DNA from: Callorhinchus milii
Taxonomy: Eukaryota
DNA: 64,000 nucleotides
Assembly: GCF_018977255.1 (NCBI RefSeq)
Contig: NW_024704750.1
Span: 4,092,001-4,156,000 of the forward strand
Reading direction: 5' to 3'
The notes under the pieces were generated by a model, which was given only the letters and a program-made list of their open reading frames with translations, made no database searches and was not told where the DNA came from. Both the position numbers and the translations under genes were made by a program. Position 1 is the stretch's first letter. Each line of letters opens with the position of its first letter. This document shows, piece by piece, positions 1 to 10,400 of the stretch.

Positions 1-59
1 AAACAACCCACATTTATATGTCTTGTGCTACAAACCAAAGAATCTAGTGTTGCTCAAGA

Positions 60-545
60 TACCTTTCCAACATCAGTGGAAAAAGGTAGACGGGTTGTAT
101 TCCTCAGAGCAGAGGAGGTTAAGGGGGATTTGATTGAAGTATTTAAAATAATGAAAGGAATTGACAAGTTAGATTGTGGACAACTTTTTCCTGTTAGAAG
201 GATCCATTGCAAAAACAACAACAAATTGCATTTATGGAGCACCTTTCATGTTGGGAGGACGTCAAGGGGTCATAACTTTAAAATCAAACCGTTAGAACTG
301 AAGCCAGGAAGCATTTCTTCACATAGAAGGTTGTGAAGATGTAGAATGCTCTGTCCTAGAAAGTGTAGAGGTGAAATGAATAGGGATGTTTGAAAGAGGG
401 AGCGACCGATACATGGGTAGTAAAAGCGTTAAGGGTCCAGGCATTGGGATTAAAAGCTTTTTCCGGGATCTAATACACAGGTGGAACAGACTGAATGGGC
501 TGAATAGCCTTCTCTTGTTCCTGGTTTCCTATATTCCTATGATTG
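60..545 (+). mobile_element. CR1 LINE 3' fragment, interrupted by an inverted SINE/L2 tail at ~211-265
   Basis: Translation GDLIEVFKIMKGIDKLD...RGHNFKIK resembles the CR1 ORF2 C-terminus. It ends in a CR1-type tail (gggctgaatagccttctcttgttcct...ttcctatattcctatg). Confidence 0.7.
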
Positions 546-595
546 CAGTATACTCCTGAATATTTGGATGTGATTGAGTAATTTCCATATTACAG

Positions 596-3500
596 ATATT
601 ATGGACGTAAGATGCTGTTTCTTATGATGTCATCCCACCACGACTTCGACAAAGTCCTTGAAAAACACTTGACGCCTAAGGATTTACCTTGCATTCGAGA
701 TACTGTTAGTAATCTACAGCAAAAGGTATATGCGAGTCATAATTCTAGATTTCCAGTACTCAAGCTTGTTTATATTGATGTTAAAAATCTTTTAATCTCT
801 TTAATCGAATCAAAAATCTTTTAATCGAATTCAAGATCCTCATCCTCACCTACAAGGCCATTCACGGCCTCGCTCCCTCCTACCTCTGTGACCTACTATC
901 CCCCTACTTACCTGCCTGTACCCTCCGTTCCTCTGCCTCCGGTCTGCTCCACATCCCCCGCCCCAACCGCCCTACCATGGGTGGCCGGGTCTTCAGCCTC
1001 TCAGCCCCGAGGCTCTGGAGCTCTATCCCCCAGTGCCTTCGCCGCCTCCTCCCTTTCCTCCTTCAAGGCCGGTCTCAAGACCTTTCTCTTTGACCGTGCC
1101 TTCAGCTCCCCTCTCGGCTCTCTACCCCCTCCTTGCTCCCTCCCCTCACGCTGCTCGGGTCCTGACCCAACTGTCCAGCGCCTTGGGACGTCCTCCCGAC
1201 GTGAAAGGCGCTCTATAAATTAAATCTTGTTGTTGTAATCTCATGAAAGCAATGAAATTACCATTACCGTTGATGTTTCAATCAATACAGTTGTGTTGTG
1301 TCTCTTTGTAAGGGCCTTGGAGAAATGCCTTTGGACACCCCTTCAGCGAAGGGCCGGCGTTCTCATCCTAGTAGTGGAGGGAGCTTTCGAGCTTCCGCTA
1401 GCTCGAGGGAAGTACATAGTTTGACAGGAAGGTATGATCATTATCCACAGTTTATCTCTGAAACAAGAATATCACGATGTATTGGCTGAATTTGCACGTT
1501 TCATATTCATTTGGTGTGGTTATGATCTGAACATAACAAGGATTGAACACGTAAACAGAATCTATAACCAACAGTGCTTGATGTTCAGGGGAATGATACT
1601 ACACCTGATGATCTTAAAATGTTAATCAATTGTTTACTATGTTCCATTCAAGAGCCACTGTTCATCAATAATTCTTCCATTTAATATTGTTTCAACATCG
1701 TTGAAACATCTCAATGTGTTTCACAGAGTTTTACTATAGTGTGTATTGACTGTGTTTTTGTATTTGTCTGCAGACAAGACTGCCACAAGAAAATTAAATG
1801 AACCCTTAAAAAAAATTAAATATGTAAATGTACAAACAAATATAACCCTGTCAAACAGAAATGTTAAAAAGGTTAAAAACATTTTTTCAGTATATTTCTG
1901 ACGTTTGTAGTCATTTTAGTGTTTCATGTTACCAGTATCGTGACATTGTAATTTATAATAGGGATACAGCAGAAGGAGTAATCAATTTACGAGACTATAC
2001 ATGGAAACCAACACAACGGAACTTGATAGAAAATGCAGAATATATCAAGGACATTACAAACTTGCTGGGTGCAAAGGATTTTCGTGATCGTAGCCGAGGG
2101 ATTGAGCAACTCGTAACAAATTGTCAAAACAATCAGGACCTTGTTATAACAAATATTGTTAAGGTAATTCAGAAATGTCCATTTAAACGCTTAATGGAAT
2201 CTTAAAATGTGCAATTGTTCACGAATTATAGAACTCTGCAGATGGTTTCTTAAACATTAGGCAAAACCTTTAAAAGTGATTATAGTAGGAGAAGAGGAAA
2301 TCTTGTTCACAATAGTTGGTTTCTTTGAGGTTTTTAACTTCATTTCACTACATTTTAATTGATAGTTTTAAAAACCAAAGGGGTTGTTTCATTTTCAAAG
2401 TACCTTTTTGTTGATTTTTGTCCCATTTTTCGATCCTAATTCCATAATCATTCAGCAAAGTTGATCTGCAAATTAAGATCTGAAGTATTTCAATCTATTT
2501 TTCTGATTTGAAACATGCCTTGGCCAAACTCACAGTGGACCTCACGTATAAGGGCAAAATAGTCCATTCTATCAAATGTACTTAGTAATCCTTTCATTTG
2601 ATACAGCATTTTATCTCATTATTAGAACTTCTCAAAGTGCTTCATAAAATTTATTGTGAAATGTAGTGACTGTTTCGGCACGCAAGTGCATCAACCAATC
2701 TACGCATAGCAGTGTCCAGCACACAGCCTTCAATAACTCATTCTATTTTGGGGATTAATACAGGATAACAAGCAGAAAACTTCCATTCCCCCACTACTGC
2801 CAAAATATAGTCATTTAAAATGCTGCATTATGTTCTGTTATTTCAAGTGACGTTTTAATTATCCCCCTCTCCCCACCAGATTTTTGATGCTTTCAGACCT
2901 CGATTACATGACTTCAACAGCAAAGTGAATCAAATGGCATTAGAAGCAATGCGGAAGATAATTCCACTGTTGAAAGAAAATCTAGGTCAAGTTTTGAATA
3001 TAGTTGTGCCTGCCATTGTAGACAACAATCTAAATTCCAAGAATCCCGGGATATATAATGCTGCCATTAGTGTTGTTCAGACCCTCATTCATCATATAGG
3101 TAAGTAGAGGTGAACTGAAATAGTAATTAGGTCACCAATCTAAAAATTGATGTAGTTGCTAAAAATCGATTGAATTGCTTTGTAGTATTTACAACAAACT
3201 TGCAGATCTAGAAGTAGAGGGGCTATTTTCAAAGCTCATGGCATTTTTCTTAATCTGTTCAAAAAAAATCTTCAAAATGCTGAAACATGCAAAGCAAAAT
3301 GTACAATATTGTCATTTTCTAAGTAAACTTGGTGTTTATTTTGTAAATGTATCTTAATAGGCTATTTTGTTTTACAGATAATTCATTACTACTACAGCTT
3401 TTCTGCAACAAGGCACTGTTCCTGAATGGAAAAGCAAAGCAGGATATGACCGAGAAATTGGCAGGTCAGGCAAATTTGTTACCTTTGATATTTTAACAAT

Positions 3501-4213
3501 AAACATTACTTTGAAGTAATACTCAGATGGTGATTAAATCTGATGTCCGATTAGATTGATAATCTTGTATTTTGTTTGCCCACCTTTGGAGATCAAATAA
3601 ATATTTTGCAGCAATTTCCTCGAGGTTAAAATCCATGTGAGGTAGATGATACAGAGTCTCTAAAGTAACTGCTTGTTTGGTCTAATGGTCATTTTTCATG
3701 TCGTGCTTTCTTGTATTTTCATGGTCTTGATGTCAGCCATACTTCTAAGGATTCTACATTCTGGTGGAGGTTTGCTTTGTACGCATTCTAGTGGCTGGTT
3801 TCAGAGCATCAATAGTGGAGACTTGGGAAGCTGTTAATTTTTCACTGAAGGCAATAAGTTAACTTGCAAATTGCTTATCTGAATTAAAGAAATTATATTG
3901 AGTAGTTTATAGCTTTAGGAAATCAATAAGCACTAAGACAAAAGCTTTCTGTATTTCAGATATTGTACCTGAGCTGTACACACGGAAGCCTCAGGTTGTT
4001 GAGCAAAAGGTATTGCCCGTTTTGTGGCATCTTCTGGGGAACATGACGAACAGCGGCTCAATTCCTGGAAGCGGAGGAAACATCCGCGTGGCTGCAGTTA
4101 AATTGGCAAACGTTCTCTTTGCAGCAATGGGTCAAAACTTAATCGATCAAGCCTCAAATCAACAACAAAACATCGGAAAGACTTTACAAGATCTGCTAGA
4201 CTACAATCCCTAA
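596..4213 (+). CDS. TOGARAM1: TOG array regulator of axonemal microtubules 1 (FAM179B/crescerin), last 6 coding exons; 5' part lies outside the window
   Basis: AG/GT-bounded exons 596-725, 1313-1431, 1962-2163, 2880-3099, 3378-3464 and 3960-4213 (TAA) join in frame. Peptides GLGEMPLDTPSAKGRRSH, LLGAKDFRDRSRGIEQL, IFDAFRPRLHDFNSKVNQMALE, VPAIVDNNLNSKNPGIY and VEQKVLPVLWHLLGN match the C-terminal TOG domain. AATAAA at 5104. Lies directly upstream of PRPF39 as in human. Confidence 0.93.
826..1235 (+). mobile_element. L2-clade LINE 3' fragment
   Basis: RIQFKILxLTYKAxHGLAPxYL-like ORF2 end, then ...FKAGLKTFLF, then the family tail cagcgccttgggacgtcctcccgacgtgaaaggcgctctataaat(tgt)n. Confidence 0.8.
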
Positions 4214-5477
4214 ACCGAGAAAGCGCATCTTTCAGTGTTAACTTGTTGAAAATGAGCGGAGGGGGGAAACCAGTGTGATTTCATAGTGCCTGCATTTTTT
4301 TGTACGTCAGATTGAAGATCAGGACAAATCAGTGCTGTTTGCATACCACATATGCTCCATGCCACAATCAGATTTTAATTGCTATAGACATCCTGGTTTA
4401 TCAGCAACATTTACACAAAAATCACTCAGCTATTTTGCACTCTTGTACAATAGAATCTATCGTACACAATCGGGTGTATCAATGTATGGAAAATTGTCTT
4501 TGTAAAATGTGTGGTGCATATCAAATATATATCTATTTTGTTTGCAATCAAGTGTATAGTGTTTCCTAATATACCCACCTGTCTTATTTGATGCTGAATC
4601 TCCATATGATGGTGGGGAAATGGTGGATTATCTTCGTAGCCGGAATCAATGTTGAATATTAGTCCCCAGTGGTTGAGAATAAAAAGTGTTTTATCGCTCT
4701 GATTGTGTGTTGTACAGTATTACCGTTGCTCCTGCTGCTGATTGTAAATTATTATTGGTTTGACTGCAGAGTATAAAGTCCTACTCCTTGTAATGCATCT
4801 AGAAATGGCTAGTATATAACACGGCATGACCAAAATCCTGACATAAAAATATTTTTGTTACAGATTCTAATGTATAGAGTTGCATAAGACATTCTTGATA
4901 TAACAGAACACATATATTCCATATTTTTGTGTGAACACTAAAATAATCTTGCTTTTAAACTACATTTTATGGAACTAATTACACTACAATACATTTGTGT
5001 AATTTCAATTGTTGACCATAGTGCCAGCTGCACTTTAGCATTTCATATAACTTCACAAGTAAAAGTAAATTTTAGACAAAATGTGGAATGTTTAAAAGAA
5101 GTAAATAAATGATTTTATTTCTTTAAATGTTTTCTGTGTCTCATTCTTCCAAGGAACATAATAGTCTGGTTATTTAGTGGAGTATTGCAGTTTAAAAAAT
5201 TTAAATAATATGCCAAAGTATGCCTAACTTTGACACTATTTCCTAATAATTTTCTACAGTTACTAATAAAGGAGCATTAAATTAATACTTCTTTTACACT
5301 GTTAATTATGTTTGTCAATTGTGAATTAATGCTAAATTAGGGAAGAGATAATAATCCGTGCATTTGGTATAGTGCCTTATCAGGTCATTGAGTTATCTCC
5401 GAAGTGCTTCACGGAATATACAGTGAACTGACTGTATATTTTGTGGGATCGAAGTGACTTCTACATTATATCAGTTC

Positions 5478-6025
5478 AACAACAACAAGATTACGTTTGT
5501 ATAGCGCCTTTCACCTCGGAAGGACGTCCCAAGGCGTTGGACAGTGTACAGCATTTCAGACCCGAGCTGGGGTTGGGGAAGGGGGTTGGGCGATGAGGAA
5601 GGGTCTTGAAGCGGGACTTGGAGGCTAAGGAGGGGGAGAGGCAGAGTGACTGGGGGATGGTATTCCAGAGGTTGGGGGCAGAGTGGCTGAAGGCTCTCCC
5701 GCCAATGGTGGGGCGGGTGGGCTGGGGAACGTGGAGCAGCCAGAGCCGGCTGAGCGGAGGGAACGGACGGGTTGGTAAGAGGGTTAGGAGGTCGCAGAGG
5801 TAGGGTGGGGCGAGGCCATGGAGGGCTTTGTATGTGAGGACCAGGATCTTGAACTGGATCCTCTGAAGGATAGGGAGCCAATGGAGTTGGGCGAGAATGG
5901 GGGAGATGGGGTCACAGAGTTTGGTGCGGGAGAGGACACGGGCTGCAGAGTTCTGGATTATCTGCAGCTGTGGAGGGAGGAATTGGGAAGGCCGACAAGC
6001 AGGACGTTTGCATAGTCGAGCCTGG
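5478..6025 (-). mobile_element. L2-clade LINE 3' fragment
   Basis: Minus-strand ORFs give SRLDYAN..LQIIQNSAARVLSRTK..PILAQLHWLPILQRIQFKILVLTYKALHGLAPPYL..GGRAFSHSAPNLWNTIP, the L2 ORF2 C-terminus, followed by the family tail. Confidence 0.9.
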
Positions 6026-6317
6026 AGTTCAGCCCCTGAACAAAGACTATTTCCCCTCCAATTCCCCAAATGTACTTCATGGGACATTGCAAGGCATCCG
6101 CCGTTCCCCCAATATCTCTCCGCGCGCAGAAAGCTTTCGACGACGGAGCAGAGAGCCGCGGCCGCAGTGCGGACAGTGCACCGGGCGGCGCTCTCAAGCC
6201 GAGGGAGTCGTCATCGTTCACGGGTGAGCCTCCTCAAGCCACGGCTACGATGCCTTCATTTTGCTGCTGGACGTCGCGGCAACATTGTGTGCCAGGGCTG
6301 GGGGGCGGGAGATCAGA

Positions 6318-6500
6318 ACCGTAGGATATGACAGCGCAGAGGGCCCGGCGGCTGTTCGGCCCATCGTGCCTGCGCCGGCCCCTTCGGAAGAGCTTCCCGA
6401 CCAATCCCCCGCTCTTTCCCCTCCAGTTCCCTATTGAAAGTTCTTATTGAACCTGTTCCCACCGCCCGAACGGTACCTCCATAACAACCCTCTTACACCA
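6318..6500 (-). mobile_element. CR1 LINE 3' end fragment (GC-enriched)
   Basis: ttcggcccatcgtgcctgcgccggccc...ctctttcccc resembles the reverse complement of the CR1 3' terminus also seen at 38240-38365. Confidence 0.5.
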
Positions 6501-6519
6501 GGGAGTGGTTTGTTGTGGG

Positions 6520-7027
6520 GAATGGGAGGGGGGGGCGGGAGAGAGGGGGGGGAGAGAGAGGGGGGAGAGAGAGGGGGGGTGGGGGGGAGAGAGAGGGGGG
6601 GAGAGAGAGGGGGGGGTGGGGGGAGAGAGAGGGGGTGTGGGGGAGAGAGAGGGGGGGAGAGAGAGGGGGGGAGAGAGAGGGGGAGGTGGGGGGGAGAGAG
6701 AGGGGGGAGAGAGAGGAGGGATGGGGGAGAGAGAGGGGGGGTGGGGGGGGTTGGGTTGGGGGGAGAGAGAGGGGGGGGTGGTGGGGTTGGGTTGGGGGGG
6801 AGAGAGGGGGGGGTGGGGGAGAGAGGGGGGGGAGAGAGAGGGGGGGAGAGAGGGGGGGGTGGGGGGGAGAGAGAGGGGGGGAGAGAGGGGGGGGGAGAGG
6901 GGGGGGTGGGGGGGGAGAGGAGGGGGGGGGTGGGGGGGGGAGAGAGAGGGGGGGAGAGAGAGGGGGGGGTGGGGGGAGAGAGAAGGGGGGAGAGAGGGGG
7001 GTGGGGGGGGGGGGGGAGAGAGAGGGA
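6520..7027. repeat. G/A-rich low-complexity polypurine tract, (G)n(AG)n
   Basis: ~500 bp made almost entirely of G runs separated by AGAGAG or T, just upstream of the PRPF39 CpG island. Confidence 0.95.
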
Positions 7028-7084
7028 GTGCTTGTCCCGAGTTCTTTTGTTCTCTGGGGCTGCGGTGTGTGTGTGTGTGTGTGG

Positions 7085-7440
7085 CGCCCTCTGGCGGCGC
7101 CTGTGGCCGCGTTTAACACGTCTCCAATGGGGGGGGTGTTGGTGCTGAGCGTAAGAGTGCGCCTGCGCGGCGGGTGCTGCGCGTGCGGGGAGTGGGGGGG
7201 GGGGGCGGGTCAGTGACGTGCGCCTGCGCGGCCCGAGCGAGTTGAAGAAAGTGAAAGCGCGGAGGAGGGGAGAGAGAGAGAGAGAGGGAGAGAGAGGCCG
7301 AGCGCGCGAGGCGGCCCCGACCCACAGCCCCTCACCGCCCGCATCATGGAGTCGGAGAGGAGTAAGTGTGAAAGGAAACACGGCCCCACAGTTGGTCCCG
7401 GGCCCCGGGCCGGGCGGGACCTGGTGGTAAATGGCGGCCT
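7085..7440 (+). promoter_or_regulatory. PRPF39 CpG-island promoter
   Basis: CpG-dense. NRF1-like TGCGCCTGCGC near 7158 and 7220, GC box, CRE half-site TGACGT at 7214, and YY1-like AAATGGCGGC at 7429 just inside intron 1. Confidence 0.7.
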
Positions 7441-10400
7441 TTTGTCCGCCGCCCTCCTCCCTCCCTCCCTCCCTCCCCGCATCCACTCACTCACTCACTC
7501 ACTCACACAGGGCCTCTCGCCCACTCCTCAACCATCCCCGGACTTTCCTGCTCACACCGGGCGGGCGGGCGGCGGGGCGGTGCTTCCAACCAACCAGGCA
7601 GCCAGGCCAGCCCCCGGGGCCTGCAGGTTCTGCTGACCCCACCCCGAGTCGGCTGGGGGGTGGGACTGGGGGGGGGATGTCGCCCCCTGTCGGCCTCCTG
7701 ACCCCCCGCCTGTCGTTGGGTTTGTACAAGTGGTTATTTTGGGGGAGTTGGTGGCAGCTGTGCTCTGAGATATTAAATGACTTCCTCCCCTTTCCTCCTC
7801 CCAAGGCCGTGTCTCAAGACCTTTCTCTTCGACCGCGCCTTCAGCTCCCCTCTGGCCTTCAGCTCCCCTCTCTACCCCCTCCTCACTCCCTCCCTTCCCT
7901 CCCCTCACCCTGACCATCTCCCCCCTCCTCGCTCCCTCCCTTCCCTCCCCTCACCCTGACCATCTCCCCCCTCCTCGCTCCCTCGCTTCCCTCCCCTCAC
8001 CATCTCCTCGCTCCCTCCCTCCCCTCACCCTGACCATCTCCTCGCTCCTTCCCTCCCCTCACCCTGACCATCTCCCCCCTCCTCGCTCCCTCCCTCCCTT
8101 CCCTCCCCTCACCCTGACCATCTCCCCCCTCCTCGCTCCCTCCCTTCCCTCCCCTCACCATCTCCTCGCTCCCTCCCTCCCTCCCCTCACCCTGACCATC
8201 TCCTCGCTCCCTCCCTTCCCTCCCTCACCATCTCCTCGCTCCCTCCTTCCCTCCCCTCACCCTGACCATCTCCTCGCTCCCTCCTTCCCTCCCCTCACCC
8301 TGACCATCTCCTCGCTCCCTCCCTTCCCTCCCCTCACCCTGACCATCTCCTCGCTCCCTCCCTCCCCTCACCCTGACCATCTCCCCCCTCCTCGCTCCCT
8401 CCCTTCCCTCCCCTCCCCCTGACCATTTCCCCCAGTGCTCGGGTCCCGACCCAACTGTACAGCGCCTCGGGACGTCCTCCCGACGTGAAAGGCGCTCTAT
8501 AAATGAAATCTTGTTGTTGTTGTTGTTACCCCCATTTCTCCTCCCTCCCGCCCACCAGATTGCTGATGGTGGTTAAAGGACGGCAGCGGACCATTTTAAT
8601 TGAAATCTTAATATTTGTACAGGATTTTTTTTTAATCTGTCTGATTTATATATAACTCATACTCATCGTGACGTTTGAACTGTTATTGGGTCCAGTGCAT
8701 ACTTCTCCTTACATTTTTGGTTCCGGCTGTATTTAATACTGTAGTTTAAACTGCTGCATAGATCTAAGAACAGTTTTAAATCTCTTATCTAATGCATTTT
8801 AAAAATATACATCATCTAATAGCAGTGATTGTGTAATCTGTGCACATATTAATGTTTTTATCTGTCAGCAAGCACCAGCAATTGTTTTTTGGTGGCTTTT
8901 TCATCTCGTTCTACGTTAATCCTTGCCGTGGTGAAAATACACATTCTTTGTCTACAAAGAAAAGTCATTATATTTTACATCATCTTTGCAAAGTTATTTG
9001 AGCTGCTTTGTATCTTCCTTCTGTTGTATCTTAAAATCACAAATGTGAATCAGAGCAGAAACTTTTACAGCAGTTCATTCAAATATTTTATGGGAGTTGC
9101 TGATTCTTTTCTGTCATGTCGACCAGATTGGATTTCTTACTATTTCCTGCTCAGCTAGGAAAATGACACTTGCTTTCAATCTTTAACTTGGCCCTTCGTT
9201 CATTAATCCATTGCCCAGAAATGAAAAACAGTACTTGATTTTTCCTAATTTATTTTGATGAGTGAGAGAAGCTGCAAAAACAATGTGCGAAGTATAAGTC
9301 AAAATGATAGTTGGAAGAAGGTCTGTTTGGAGTTTTGTAATATTTGTGCGATTTTATTTTAGCCGATGAACTTTTTTTCTTTTCAGACTCAAATCAGACT
9401 TTATCAGCACCGAATGATAGACTTAACTCTGTGGACGAAAGTGACTTTGAGAAGCCTGGGTGTGAAAACACTGAAGCCACAGTTAATTCACGTATTAAAG
9501 ATGCATTGATGCCAAATTCTTCTGATGCAAGTGGAGTCTTTGCTACTGCCGCAGAAATTGGAGTTACTGACACAATTGGAGAAGCCACTGCGGAAACAGG
9601 AATAGACTTGATTGAAGCCTCAGCATTGCAAGCGGGATCGCCTGAAGGTTCTGCATCAATGGACACAGAATCTCAACCCGATAACTCGCCAAATGAGAGA
9701 CTAGCAGAGGATCTAGAGAAAGCAGAACCAGCTGACTTGGAAAATCATTTACCTTCAGAGTATGAAAAGTTTTGGAAAGTGGTTGAAGACAACCCTCAGG
9801 ACTTCACCGGTTGGACTTACCTGTTACAATACGTAGAACAAGAAGTGAGTAAACCTACTTGTGTGCAGAACTGGAAGGGTTACAAATACTAAAAGGTTCC
9901 ATGTTTTGCATGAGATTTTAAGCTGAGATCCCATCTGCCTGTTCAGGTAGATTTTTTAAAAAAAAATATCTCATGACATAAAGATCCCATCACCATGTTT
10001 CTCCTTGTGTTCCATGTGAGAGTTTGAAATATCACGGACAACTGGAGTGTTGGACGGGGCAGGGAAATTAACAACCAAATATAGGTTTGTGCGAGTAAAA
10101 TGTTTAAATTAAAATCCTTAAATTGATATTAATAATGGTTCTAAACTGTGCGAATTATTGATGGGTACCTATATGATGAAATAAACAGAATTCTGCTTTT
10201 TTTCAGAATCACATCTTGGCAGCCAGAAAAGCTTTTGATAACTTTTTCTCTTACTACCCGTACTGTTATGGTTATTGGAAAAAGTATGCTGATTTCGAGA
10301 AGCGCCATGGCAACATGAAGCTGGCAGAAGAGGTGGGTGATTTCTTGTGACTTTGTTTTCATATGTTTTTTTTACAAAAACTTTTTTGTTTTAATTTTTT

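Noticed and set aside
6431-7486. Long Pro-rich and Gly/Glu/Arg-rich ORFs on both strands
   Set aside because: Artefacts of a stop-free G/A low-complexity tract and the CpG island.
7431-7913. Alternative PRPF39 start MAAFCPP...
   Set aside because: It lies after the donor at 7362 and runs into repeats. ATGGCGGC here fits a YY1 motif, and the 7346 ATG exon splices in phase to exon 2.
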